Source: Acidobacterium sp.
Lineage (GTDB): Bacteria > Acidobacteriota > Terriglobia > Terriglobales > Acidobacteriaceae
DNA: 64,000 nt
Direction: 5' to 3'
Assembly: GCA_003131625.1 (NCBI GenBank)
Contig: PKVY01000103.1
Span: 25,365 to 89,364 of the forward strand
Shown: positions 26,791 through 36,235 of the stretch, piece by piece
Numbering within the stretch: the first letter of the stretch is position 1
Layout of the letters: every line of letters starts with the position of its first letter
The notes under the pieces: model-generated
What the model was told of the DNA's origin: nothing
Databases searched by the model: none
Seen by the model: only the letters and a program-made list of their open reading frames with translations
Position numbers and translations under genes: made by a program

Positions 26791-27033
26791 CCGCTGGGCG
26801 ATGAGCGGGACCTCCTTGTTTCCGGGGAGTGTTCCGGAACGGGTCGGGTGACAGGTATCACAGCACGTTCCCCCTGCCAGGGCGTACCTTCATCGGTTTT
26901 GGAGACTGCAATAATGCAGGATTCCAGAAGCGGGCCGGACAAGGCCAAGTTGCTGGATTCCCGCCATTTAGCTGCAACGGCGGAAAGGCATGCTGAGCAG
27001 CCGATACGGACGCGTCCGGGAGGGCGACGAAGA

Positions 27034-28356
27034 ATGACCTGGAGCGAAGAGTATCGGACCCGATCCATGTGCGCCGCGCAGGCGCTGGAGGCGGTGCGGT
27101 CGGGAGCGCGTGTCTGGATTCAGTCGGGGTGCGGCACCCCTTCAACCCTGGTGAATGCCCTGGTCGCGCGGGCTGCGGAGCTCCGGGATGTGGAGATCGT
27201 CCACATGATGACCCTGGGCAGCGCCGATTACACGAAGCCGGAGTTCGAAGGCCATTTTCGCCACCGGGGATTGTTCCTGGGGGCCAACGTGCGCGAGGCG
27301 GTGGCGGCGGGGCGGGCCGACTACACGCCGATCTTCCTGAGCGAGATTGAAGGCTTGTTTACCAGCGGCGCCATGCCGCTGGATGTCGTGCTGATGCAGG
27401 TGTCGCCGCCCGACGCACACGGCTATGTGAGCCTGGGCACCACGGTGGACTCCACGCTGACGGCGGCGCGCTGCGCGAGCACGGTGATTGCCGAGGTCAA
27501 CGACCAGATGCCGCGCACGCACGGCGACACATTCATCCACGTGAGCCGGATTTCCGCTTTCGTGGAGACAGACCACGCGCTGCTGGAACTGCCCACGGAG
27601 CCGTTCACCGAGATGCACCTGCGGGTGGCGCGCAATGTGGCGTCGCTGATCCCCGACGGGGCCACGCTGCAGACCGGGATTGGCGGGATTCCGGAGGCGG
27701 TGTTGGCTTGTCTGGATGACAAGCGGGATCTGGGCATTCACACAGAGATGTTTTCCGATGGCGTGATCGACCTGATCGAGTCGGGCGTGATCAACGGAGA
27801 GCGGAAATCGCTGCTCCGGGGCAAAGCGGTTGCGGCGTTCGTGCTGGGAACGAAGCGGCTGTTCGATTTCATTCATGACAACGCCAGCTGCGAGTTCCGG
27901 CCGATCTGTTACACCAACGATCCGTTTGTGGTGGCCAGGAACGACAGGATGGTCGCGATCAATTCGGCGCTCCAGATCGACCTCACCGGACAGGTATGCG
28001 CCGATTCGATTGGCACCCGTCCGTACAGCGGATTTGGCGGGCAGCTGGATTTCATTCGCGGGGCGGCGCGGTCCCGTGGAGGGGTTCCCATCATCGCGCT
28101 GCCGTCGACCGCGCTGGGCGACACGATATCGCGCATTGTGCCGGTCCTGGACCCAGGCGCGGGTGTGGTGACGTCGCGGGCCGATGTGCACTACGTGGTC
28201 ACGGAACACGGAATCGCCTACCTGCACGGGAAAACGCTGCGGGAGCGAGCCAAAGCGCTGATCGCGATTGCCGATCCGCGCTTTCAGCAGGAGCTGGAGG
28301 ATTTTGCGGTGCGCGCGCATTATCTGGAGCGCAAAACCGCGGTTGCGCTGGCCTGA
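27034..28356 (+). CDS. acetyl-CoA hydrolase/transferase family protein (4-hydroxybutyrate CoA-transferase-like)
   Basis: GGGAGGG RBS before ATG 27034. Family-typical '[21 protein letters not shown]' and '[12 protein letters not shown]'. Confidence 0.8.
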   Translation: MTWSEEYRTRSMCAAQALEAVRSGARVWIQSGCGTPSTLVNALVARAAELRDVEIVHMMTLGSADYTKPEFEGHFRHRGLFLGANVREAVAAGRADYTPIFLSEIEGLFTSGAMPLDVVLMQVSPPDAHGYVSLGTTVDSTLTAARCASTVIAEVNDQMPRTHGDTFIHVSRISAFVETDHALLELPTEPFTEMHLRVARNVASLIPDGATLQTGIGGIPEAVLACLDDKRDLGIHTEMFSDGVIDLIESGVINGERKSLLRGKAVAAFVLGTKRLFDFIHDNASCEFRPICYTNDPFVVARNDRMVAINSALQIDLTGQVCADSIGTRPYSGFGGQLDFIRGAARSRGGVPIIALPSTALGDTISRIVPVLDPGAGVVTSRADVHYVVTEHGIAYLHGKTLRERAKALIAIADPRFQQELEDFAVRAHYLERKTAVALA

Positions 28357-28384
28357 GAGGCGGGCTTGCGGAAAGGAGTGCGGA

Positions 28385-28666
28385 ATGACGAGCGCCGGGA
28401 AACAGGATCGAGGACGGCTGCGGGTGGATCAGGATGAGTGCAAGGGCTGCGCGCTGTGCATCGAAGCGTGCCCGCCGCACGTGATTCAGATGACGGAGCG
28501 GCTGAACCACTACGGATATCGAACCGCGATGTATGCAGGAGCGGGCTGCACGGGCTGCGGGATCTGCTTTATGGTGTGTCCCGAGCCGGGAGCCATTACG
28601 GTGCTGCGCCTCGCCAGCCATGTCGCAGCCAGCGCAGAGGGAGTGAAGCCATGCGCCGGCAATTAA
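28385..28666 (+). CDS. 4Fe-4S ferredoxin-type subunit (delta) of 2-oxoacid:ferredoxin oxidoreductase
   Basis: AAAGGAG RBS. Two cluster motifs, '[12 protein letters not shown]' and '[12 protein letters not shown]'. Confidence 0.75.
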   Translation: MTSAGKQDRGRLRVDQDECKGCALCIEACPPHVIQMTERLNHYGYRTAMYAGAGCTGCGICFMVCPEPGAITVLRLASHVAASAEGVKPCAGN

Positions 28667-29745
28667 TGAAGGGCAATGAAGCGATTGTCAAAAGCGCGAT
28701 CCTTTCCGGATGCCGTGCGTTTTACGGGTATCCCATCACGCCGGCCAGCGAGATCACCGAGGCGGCGGCGCAGTATCTGCCGCAGGTGGGCGGCGTGTTT
28801 CTGCAGGCGGAAAGCGAAGTGGCGGCGATCAACATGCTCTACGGCGCGGCGTCCGCGGGCGTCCGCGTGATGACCGCGTCAAGCGGGCCGGGAATCAGCC
28901 TGATGCAGGAAGGCATCAGCTACATGGCCGGCGCGGAGCTGCCCTGCGTGATTGCCGACATTACCCGGGGTGGACCGGGGCTGGGCAACATCGCCGCCGA
29001 ACAAAGCGACTACCACCAGGTCGTGAAGGGCGGAGGCCACGGCAACTACCACACCCTGGTGCTGGCGCCGCATTCGGTGCAGGAGATGGCGGACCTGACG
29101 GCGCTGGCCTTCGAGCTGGCGGATCGTTATCGCAACCCGGTGGTGGTGATGGCCGACGGATTCATCGGACAGATGATGGAGCCGGTCGAGTTTCCGCAGA
29201 CTGCCACGGAGCCGCACTTGCCGAAGTGGGCGGTCGCGGGCACGGAGGAATCGCGCGGCAATCTGATTTCCTCAATCTACCTGGAGCCCGACAAGCTGGA
29301 GGCCCACGTTCGTCAGCTGGAAGCCAAGTATTACGTCGCTCAGCAGCGGGAAGCGCGCGCCGAAGAATGGCGGACCGAGGGCGCGGAAATCGTCCTGGTG
29401 GGGTACGGAATTGTGGCGCGCATCCTGAAGGCGGTCGCCGCCGAGGCGCAGGCCGAAGGGCTGAAAGTCGGCGTGCTGCGCCCGATTACGCTGTATCCGT
29501 TTCCTGGTTTGCAATTCCAAAAGCTGGCGGAGCGGGCGCGCGTGTTCGTGGTGGTCGAGATGAGCAACGGCCAGATGCTGGAAGATGTGCGGCTGGCGCT
29601 GAATGGGGTGCGGCCCGTCGAGTTCCTCAGCCGCTTCGGCGGGAATGTCCCGTCGCACGGAGAAGTGCTGGAACTGGTCCGGAAGCTGGCGAGGCAAACG
29701 CTCCCGGCCCCGCAGCCGGAAAGGGAGAGTGTGGCCCATGTCTAA
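28651..29745 (+). CDS. 2-oxoacid:ferredoxin oxidoreductase alpha subunit
   Basis: '[31 protein letters not shown]' is the typical KorA/VorA N-terminus. Alternative start at ATG 28666 (TAATG overlap with the ferredoxin stop). Confidence 0.8.
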   Translation: MRRQLMKGNEAIVKSAILSGCRAFYGYPITPASEITEAAAQYLPQVGGVFLQAESEVAAINMLYGAASAGVRVMTASSGPGISLMQEGISYMAGAELPCVIADITRGGPGLGNIAAEQSDYHQVVKGGGHGNYHTLVLAPHSVQEMADLTALAFELADRYRNPVVVMADGFIGQMMEPVEFPQTATEPHLPKWAVAGTEESRGNLISSIYLEPDKLEAHVRQLEAKYYVAQQREARAEEWRTEGAEIVLVGYGIVARILKAVAAEAQAEGLKVGVLRPITLYPFPGLQFQKLAERARVFVVVEMSNGQMLEDVRLALNGVRPVEFLSRFGGNVPSHGEVLELVRKLARQTLPAPQPERESVAHV

Positions 29746-31204
29746 CGGAACGGAAGCGGAATATGAAGTTACGCACGGCAGGCCGCAAGCCTTCTACGAG
29801 AATTTCGACCGCAAGGGCGAGCTGCAGCACCAGACGCATTATTGTCCGGGGTGCGGGCACGGCATCGTGCACAAGATGCTGGCTCAGGCCATCGATGAGC
29901 TGGGTATTCAGAACCGGACGATCCTGGTCAGCCCGGTCGGCTGCTCGGTCTTCGCGTACTACTACTTCGACGTCGGCAACGTGCAGGGCGCGCATGGCCG
30001 CGCTCCAGCGGTGGCCACGGCGGTCAAGCGGAGTCACCCGCAAAGCATCGTCGTCAGCTACCAGGGCGACGGGGATTTGTCGGCGATCGGGTCGGCGGAA
30101 ATTCTGCACGCCGCCAATCGCGGCGAGAACATCACGGTCATCTTCGTGAACAACGCCATTTACAGCATGACCGGCGGACAAGCCGCGCCAACGACCCTGC
30201 TGGGCCAGGTGAGCACCACGACTCCTGCGGGTCGCAACGCCGCGAACGAGGGCTATCCGCTGCACGTGAGCGAGCTGCTGGCGACGCTGGAGGCTCCTGT
30301 CTATATCGAGCGCGTGGGGTTGGGCGACAACCGCCAGGTGGCGCAGGCGCAGCGCGCAGTGCGGCGGGCCGTGGAGAATCAGGTGCGCGGGCTCGGTTTC
30401 TCGCTGGTCGAGGTTCTGTCCCCGTGCCCGACCATCTGGAAAATGTCGCCGGTGGATGCACAGCACTGGGTCCGCGACGTGATGGAGAAGACTTTTCCGC
30501 TCGCGGTCCTTCGCGATCGCACGAAGGATGTCCAGCCAAAAGCGGCGCCGGCGACAGGGCCCGCTCTCGAGGAAATTCCGCGGATTCTCGGCGTCACCGA
30601 CGAGGGTGAGGCCGAACCGAGCGATGCGCAAGCGAAAGGCGGCGTCGATCTGCAAGTGCGCGTGGCCGGGTTTGGCGGACAAGGCGTCCTGTTGCTGGGC
30701 GAAGTGCTGGCCGAAGCGGGACTGCACGCGGGACTTGAGGTATCGTGGCTGCCCTCCTACGGGCCGGAAATGCGCTCGGGCACCTCGAACTGCCATGTGC
30801 GGCTCGCGCGGGAACCCATCGATTCGCCGCTGGTCGCCCATCCCGATGTGCTGGTGGCCATGAATGAGCCATCGCTGCACAAGTTCTGCGCCAGCGTGCG
30901 TCCCGGCGGCTGGATCTTCTACAACGGCGAGACGGTGCCGGAGGAGTGCGAGCGGAAAGACGTGCATATTCTGGCGCGCCCGTTCATGCATGTCGCCGAC
31001 GAGCTGGGCGATGGCCGAGCCGGCAACATGGTGATCCTGGGTGCGCTGCTCGAGGCCACCGCAACGTTGCCGCAGGCCAGTGTGGACGCTGCGCTGGGCC
31101 AGCTGGTGAAGAGCCCGCGCTGGCTGACGCTCGACGAGCGCGCTCTGGCGCGAGGGCGCGAGCTTTTGCGGGAGTCGCTGCAGGAGGTATGCCATGAAGG
31201 CTGA
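29738..31204 (+). CDS. 2-oxoacid:ferredoxin oxidoreductase beta (TPP-binding) subunit fused to a gamma-subunit domain
   Basis: Beta part: 'YCPGCGHG', 'GDGD...IG', '[12 protein letters not shown]'. After an Ala/Pro/Glu-rich linker, the gamma-like part: '[22 protein letters not shown]...[16 protein letters not shown]'. 8-nt overlap with the alpha stop. Confidence 0.75.
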   Translation: MSNGTEAEYEVTHGRPQAFYENFDRKGELQHQTHYCPGCGHGIVHKMLAQAIDELGIQNRTILVSPVGCSVFAYYYFDVGNVQGAHGRAPAVATAVKRSHPQSIVVSYQGDGDLSAIGSAEILHAANRGENITVIFVNNAIYSMTGGQAAPTTLLGQVSTTTPAGRNAANEGYPLHVSELLATLEAPVYIERVGLGDNRQVAQAQRAVRRAVENQVRGLGFSLVEVLSPCPTIWKMSPVDAQHWVRDVMEKTFPLAVLRDRTKDVQPKAAPATGPALEEIPRILGVTDEGEAEPSDAQAKGGVDLQVRVAGFGGQGVLLLGEVLAEAGLHAGLEVSWLPSYGPEMRSGTSNCHVRLAREPIDSPLVAHPDVLVAMNEPSLHKFCASVRPGGWIFYNGETVPEECERKDVHILARPFMHVADELGDGRAGNMVILGALLEATATLPQASVDAALGQLVKSPRWLTLDERALARGRELLRESLQEVCHEG

Positions 31205-32180
31205 TGCGGATCCGAACCTGATTGTGTATTTCGACGGGCAATATGTGCCCCTGCGCGAGGCGCGCGTCGGAATCCTGACCCACGCTCTGCATTATGGGAC
31301 TGGCGTATTCGAAGGCATTCGCGGGTATTGGGACGACGCGGAGCATCAGCTTTTTCTCATGCGCCCTCGCGAACACTACGAGCGATGGAAACAGAACTGC
31401 GGGATTTTGCGCATCCATGTGCCCGCGTCGGCAGAGGAGTTGTGCGCGATCACCATTGAGCTGATGCGGCGGAATGCCTTTCGCACCGACGTCTACGTCC
31501 GCCCGCTGGCCTGGAAGTGCGCACAACGGATCGGCGTCAGCATGGACGACCAGGATGCCTTTGCGGTCGTTGCGCTCCCCTTTGGCGAATACCTGCACAG
31601 CGACAAAGGGCTGCACGCAGGTGTAAGCTCGTGGCGCCGGATCGAGGACAATGCGATCCCGGCCCGGGCCAAAATCTGCGGAGCCTATGTGAACAGCGCG
31701 CTGGCCACCGACGAAGTACGGCAGAGCGGCTTCGACGAAGCGATCCTGCTGAACGAGAGCGGTCATGTCGCCGAGGGCGCTACCTGCAACCTCTTCATGG
31801 TGCGCGGCGATCAGCTGATCACGCCTTCCATAACGGAGAACGTGCTGGAAGGGATCACACGCGCCTCGATCATTGACCTGGCGTTTCGTGAACTTGGCCA
31901 GCGCGTTGTGGAAAGGGCCATCGATCGCAGCGAGCTTTACGTTTGTGATGAGTTGTTCCTTACCGGAACAGCGGTAGGCGTCGCGCCGGTGGTGCGCGTC
32001 GATCATCGCCCGGTGAAGGATGGGACCATAGGCGCGGTTACGCGCGAAATACGCCAGTTGTATTTCGACGCATCGCGAGGACATATGCGGGCTTACCGGA
32101 AATGGGTGGTGCCGGCATTCCCGTCACAGATTGAACCGGAGCCGCACGCGGTTTCGCTGGCAGAGGCGAGCGCCATTTGA
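31194..32180 (+). CDS. ilvE: branched-chain amino acid aminotransferase (class IV)
   Basis: 'YGTGVFEGIRGY', 'NLFMVRGDQLITP' and 'LEGITR'. 11-nt overlap with the upstream gene. Confidence 0.85.
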   Translation: MKADADPNLIVYFDGQYVPLREARVGILTHALHYGTGVFEGIRGYWDDAEHQLFLMRPREHYERWKQNCGILRIHVPASAEELCAITIELMRRNAFRTDVYVRPLAWKCAQRIGVSMDDQDAFAVVALPFGEYLHSDKGLHAGVSSWRRIEDNAIPARAKICGAYVNSALATDEVRQSGFDEAILLNESGHVAEGATCNLFMVRGDQLITPSITENVLEGITRASIIDLAFRELGQRVVERAIDRSELYVCDELFLTGTAVGVAPVVRVDHRPVKDGTIGAVTREIRQLYFDASRGHMRAYRKWVVPAFPSQIEPEPHAVSLAEASAI

Positions 32181-32237
32181 GCCGATGCCGGCGTGAGGAA
32201 GCGCAGTGACCCTGGCTCGCACAGAGAGGAAACAAAG

Positions 32238-33497
32238 ATGCCTACGACCGTAGTTGCAGAGAATGCGTACGACCTCGCTCTGGAAAATTTCGACACAGCA
32301 GCCGACAGCCTGGAACTGAGCCAGGATATTCGGGCGATGATCAAGTATCCGGAACGCGTGCTGACGGTTTCCGTGCCGGTGCGCATGGATGACGGCCATA
32401 TTCACAGGTTTGAGGCCTACCGGGCGCAGCACAGCTCGGTGCGCGGTCCGGCGAAAGGCGGCATCCGTTACCACCCACAGGTCACGCTCGACGAGGTGAA
32501 AGCGCTGGCTACCTGGATGACGTGGAAATGCGCTGTCGTGAATATTCCCTTTGGCGGCGCCAAGGGCGGCGTGACGTGCGATCCCAAACACATGTCGCAG
32601 GGCGAACTGGAGCGGATGACGCGACGCTATACCAGCGCGATCCTGCCGCTCATCGGTCCCGCCCAGGACATTCCCGCGCCCGACGTCTACACCAACTCGC
32701 AAACCATGGCCTGGATCATGGATACCTACAGCATGACCAAGGGTTATCCGATCCCCGGCGTCGTGACGGGAAAGCCCATCAGCCTTGGCGGTTCGCTCGG
32801 GCGCAACGAAGCAACCGGGCGCGGCGTTTTCTATACCATCCAGTGCGCCTGCGAGCATCTTGGAATGACGTTGAAGGGCGCCACGGTCGCCGTGCAGGGC
32901 TTCGGCAACGCCGGCTCCATCGCGGCGCAGTTGCTGCACGAAGCCGGAGCCAAAGTCGTTGCCGTGAGCGATTCGACCGGCTGCATCTACAACCGGAACG
33001 GTCTGAACATTCCCGAGGTCATCCACATGAAAACCCTCACCGGGCATGTGAATGGATTTCCCGAGAGCGAGGCGATCACGCCCGACGCACTGCTGGCGCT
33101 TGACTGCGACATCCTGGTTCCGGCGGCGCTGGAAAACGTCGTCCACGCCGGGAACGCAGCTACGGTGCGTGCGAAGATCGTCGCCGAAGCGGCCAACGGG
33201 CCACTCACGCCCGGTGCAGACCGGAATCTCGAAAGCCGCGGAATCTTCATCATCCCGGATATCCTGTGCAACGCCGGCGGAGTAACCGTCTCGTACTTCG
33301 AGTGGGTGCAGGATGAGCAGCACCTGTTCTGGGAAGCGCAGGACGTCTACAACCGCCTCGAGCGCGTGATGAAGACAGCGTTCCGCGACGTGCTGAAGAT
33401 CCGTCTGGACCGGAAAGTTCCGATGCGCATTGCCGCGAACATGCTGGGCATCGGACGCGTGGCGGAGGCGGTGCAGATTCGGGGTATCTATCCGTAG
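32238..33497 (+). CDS. Glu/Leu/Phe/Val dehydrogenase family, glutamate dehydrogenase-like
   Basis: 'GPAKGGIRYHPQV...WKCAVVNIPFGGAKGG' and NAD(P) fold 'VQGFGNAGS'. The start was moved to ATG 32238, which is preceded by GAGAGGAAA. Confidence 0.85.
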   Translation: MPTTVVAENAYDLALENFDTAADSLELSQDIRAMIKYPERVLTVSVPVRMDDGHIHRFEAYRAQHSSVRGPAKGGIRYHPQVTLDEVKALATWMTWKCAVVNIPFGGAKGGVTCDPKHMSQGELERMTRRYTSAILPLIGPAQDIPAPDVYTNSQTMAWIMDTYSMTKGYPIPGVVTGKPISLGGSLGRNEATGRGVFYTIQCACEHLGMTLKGATVAVQGFGNAGSIAAQLLHEAGAKVVAVSDSTGCIYNRNGLNIPEVIHMKTLTGHVNGFPESEAITPDALLALDCDILVPAALENVVHAGNAATVRAKIVAEAANGPLTPGADRNLESRGIFIIPDILCNAGGVTVSYFEWVQDEQHLFWEAQDVYNRLERVMKTAFRDVLKIRLDRKVPMRIAANMLGIGRVAEAVQIRGIYP

Positions 33498-33609
33498 AGG
33501 CCTTTTGCTTCGAGTTTGGAGTTAGGGGCTTGCCACCGCGTTTCAACAGGCCAAAAACGGGCACTTTCCCCGCGGCTCCGCGTCTGTTGAGCCTCGACAG
33601 CTAGCCTGG

Positions 33610-33636
33610 CCCGGGTCTCGATTCTTCAGACCCGGG
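33610..33636 (+). terminator. perfect 9-bp stem hairpin downstream of the dehydrogenase gene (no U-tract)
   Basis: CCCGGGTCT / AGACCCGGG with a 9-nt loop, about 110 nt after the stop at 33497. Confidence 0.3.
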
Positions 33637-33855
33637 ATTGCGCGTAGCCCCGCTTTTGCCTCTCGACTTCCGCGAAAACCACCAAATGTGGAAAATTTGT
33701 CAAGAGGCGCGCCCCAAAACCGAAGTAATGACCCCACATTCCACGCCACTTCCACCACAACAACCTCAAAGATATTTGGCCGGTTTTTAGGCTGGACTTG
33801 GTATCCTGATAATAGGGGGTAAAGAAGAAAAATCCCCCAACAGTTCAGGCAAAGC

Positions 33856-33888
33856 AGGCCGCCTTCTCGGGTGGCCTTTTCTATTTCT
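33856..33888 (+). terminator. intrinsic-terminator-like hairpin + T-tract inside a gene-free region
   Basis: AGGCCGCC-ttctcg-GGTGGCCT (one G:U) followed by TTTCTATTTCT. No protein gene lies upstream on this strand within about 360 nt. Confidence 0.35.
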
Positions 33889-34225
33889 GGAGGGTTGATC
33901 GTGCCACGCTCCTGCGCCGCTCTCGTCGATTGTGAAACCGCTGTACCCAGGGTGATGTCCCCACATCCCCCTCACCAGGCGCCAAACGATGCCTTCAAAC
34001 TCCTGTATTTTCAGCAGCATGCCACAGTCAAAAAGCGTACTCCCGCAAACCCAGCAGGCTCAGCAGTTTGCCACAGTCCCATACCCCCCTGGGGGGGCCC
34101 TGCGCCCTGCACCTGCTCTTCTTTGCAACCACGTAGCAGGTTGGCTTTCGCCAACCCCCGCAGAATCAATCACATCGCAAAAAGCCAGGGGTTAGGAAAC
34201 ACAACCCATGCATTGGCGGGGCCGA

Positions 34226-34564
34226 TCAGTACGGCTGGTTCTTCCAGATCATCGGCACGAAGTACTCGGCGAGAAACCACGAGAGCAGGAACATCACCGC
34301 CATCAGGCTCACGCCCCAGTAAAAGAGGCGAACCGGCAGAGTGTGGCTGAGAGGAGTCGAGGGTTCGGGGTCGAATTTGCGGTCGGGGATTTCGAAGATC
34401 ATGCCGCTCGCAAAACAGATGCTGGCCGTCAGTCCCAACATGGCCAGCCCGTCCAGCAGGCGATCCTGCCACGGGCTGCCGGGAACGAAGAACGCATGCC
34501 CAGCCAGAGCGCAGAGCGAGAGGATGCTGAGCGCGAGAGCCAGAAGTTTGGCAATTTGCAGCAT
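34226..34564 (-). CDS. hypothetical membrane protein
   Basis: About 3 hydrophobic helices. Start placed at 'MLQIAKLLALAL'. Lies 50 nt downstream of xylB. Confidence 0.45.
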   Translation of the reverse strand: MLQIAKLLALALSILSLCALAGHAFFVPGSPWQDRLLDGLAMLGLTASICFASGMIFEIPDRKFDPEPSTPLSHTLPVRLFYWGVSLMAVMFLLSWFLAEYFVPMIWKNQPY

Positions 34565-34614
34565 GTCCCGATCCCCGAGTCGCAGTCCCGAGTTGCACGC
34601 CGAGCTCAAGGCGC

Positions 34615-36078
34615 CTATCCGTGAATCCCTTTCAGGGCCGGATAGACGCGGCGGTAGCCCGCATACCCCTCAGCATAACGCTGGACCGCTGCGGGTTTGG
34701 GCTGGATCGTCTCCGCAACCGTAATTCCGGCTGCACAGGCGGCTTCTAGATCGGGCCAGTGTCCGGCGCCAACGCCGGCCATCAGCGCCGCGCCAAACGC
34801 ACCGCCTTCTTCGGCGGTCAGCCGCTCGCACGCATATCCATAGATATTCGCCTGAATCTCGCGCCACAGCGGGCCGCGTGCGCCGCCTCCACCGAGTCGC
34901 ACGCCTTTCACCGGAATGCCCAGCTCCGAGAAAAGCGTGAACGTGTCCTTCAGCGAATACGCCACGCCTTCGAGCACGGCGCGGGTGAAGTGGGCGCGCG
35001 TGGTCGTCGCGGTGATGCCGACAAACGCTGCCGTGGCGGTTGGATCGAGATGCGGCGTGCGTTCGCCGAGCAGATACGGTGTCCAGAGCAGGCCGTCGCT
35101 GCCGGCAGGAATCCTGGCCGCAGCGGAAGTAAGGTCGTCGTAAGTCTGGTCGGGGGCCAGCGTCTCGCGCAGCCAGCGCAGCGATAAGCCTGCAGCTTGG
35201 GTCACGCCCATCACATGCCAGCGTCCAGGCACCGCGTGGCAGAACGTATGCAGGCGGCCAAGCGGATCGCGCGTCGGAGCAGCCGTCGCAGCAAAAACCA
35301 CGCCCGAAGTCCCAATCGTGGCTGAAACCGAACCCGGCTGCAGAATGCCCATGCCAACCGCGCCAGCGCCCTGATCGCCTGCACCGGCAGCCACCGGCGT
35401 TCCAGCCTTCAGGCCGGTCAGTTGCGCCGCTTCGTCGCTGATGTTCGCGCAAATCTCCGGCGACTCGAACAGCTCCGGCAGCCAGCTCTCCGGAATGCCG
35501 GCGATCTTCGCCACTTCCTTTGACCAGCGGCGATGCGCCACGTCGAGCAGCAGTGTGCCCGACGCTTCCTGCACGTCCATCGCATACGTTCCGGTCAGGC
35601 GATAGCGGACGTAATCCTTGGGGCAGAGAATGTGCGCGATGCGCGCGAAGATCTCCGGCTCATGCTCCTTCACCCACAGCAGCTTGGTCAGCGTGAAGTT
35701 GGGCAGCGCGGGATTCGCGGTCAGCTCGATCAGCCGCTCGCGGCCGATCACTTTGTGCAGCCAGTCGCATTGCGGACCGGTGCGCACATCGCACCAGATG
35801 AGTGCAGGCCGCAGCACTTTTCCGTCCTTATCGAGCATGACCGCGCCATGCATTTGGCCGGTCAGGCCGACGGCATCGACGCGAGCACCGCTGGCGAGTA
35901 CTTCGCGAATGGCCCGCTGCGCGGCACGCCACCAGTCTTCAGGGTCCTGCTCGGCCCAGCCAGGATGCGGCGTGCGGAACGGCTCATGCTCACTCGAAGC
36001 CGAGCCGGCCAGCTGCCCTTTTTCATCCACCAGCACGGCGCGTGTGCCGCCTGTGCCCACATCCATTCCCAGAAACAC
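34615..36078 (-). CDS. xylB: xylulokinase (FGGY carbohydrate kinase)
   Basis: 'VFLGMDVGTGGTRAVLVD', 'GAGDQGAGAVGMG' and 'VRLGGGGARGPLW'. GTG 36078 chosen as the start. Confidence 0.85.
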   Translation of the reverse strand: MFLGMDVGTGGTRAVLVDEKGQLAGSASSEHEPFRTPHPGWAEQDPEDWWRAAQRAIREVLASGARVDAVGLTGQMHGAVMLDKDGKVLRPALIWCDVRTGPQCDWLHKVIGRERLIELTANPALPNFTLTKLLWVKEHEPEIFARIAHILCPKDYVRYRLTGTYAMDVQEASGTLLLDVAHRRWSKEVAKIAGIPESWLPELFESPEICANISDEAAQLTGLKAGTPVAAGAGDQGAGAVGMGILQPGSVSATIGTSGVVFAATAAPTRDPLGRLHTFCHAVPGRWHVMGVTQAAGLSLRWLRETLAPDQTYDDLTSAAARIPAGSDGLLWTPYLLGERTPHLDPTATAAFVGITATTTRAHFTRAVLEGVAYSLKDTFTLFSELGIPVKGVRLGGGGARGPLWREIQANIYGYACERLTAEEGGAFGAALMAGVGAGHWPDLEAACAAGITVAETIQPKPAAVQRYAEGYAGYRRVYPALKGIHG

Positions 36079-36235
36079 GGCAGTTCTCCAGCAATCGCAA
36101 TTCGAACGAACCCACAACAATGTACCAAATACATTCTGCACTCAACGGCACACGCTTGTGCGCGACTCGCGCTTCTGTACTATGGCTCTTGCGTTCTGAT
36201 GCGCGAATCACTTCATTTTTTCGGAGTCACACTCG

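Noticed and set aside
26848-27033. Upstream-extended starts given by the ORF track (26848, 28268, 28438, 29603, 32193, 41192, 46676, 51436, 22365, 23500)
   Set aside because: In each case the extension lacks an RBS, overlaps the preceding gene or reads as low-complexity sequence. An internal start with a Shine-Dalgarno-like motif or a stop/start overlap gives the family-typical N-terminus.
29627-31195. Long antisense ORFs opposite real genes. Examples: 29627-31195(-), 61225-62991(-), 58155-59105(+), 59181-60707(+), 24190-26469(-), 1231-2289(+), 40000-40854(-).
   Set aside because: Their translations are Arg/Pro/Gly/Ala-rich and low in complexity, with no motifs. They lie exactly opposite ORFs with clear family signatures, which is the typical shadow-ORF pattern of GC-rich DNA.
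33871-34350. 159-aa ORF (and 33787-34020 on the minus strand) in the gene-free region
   Set aside because: It has no RBS, its translation is Pro/Ser/Ala-rich, and it overlaps the 3' end of a better-supported membrane-protein gene.
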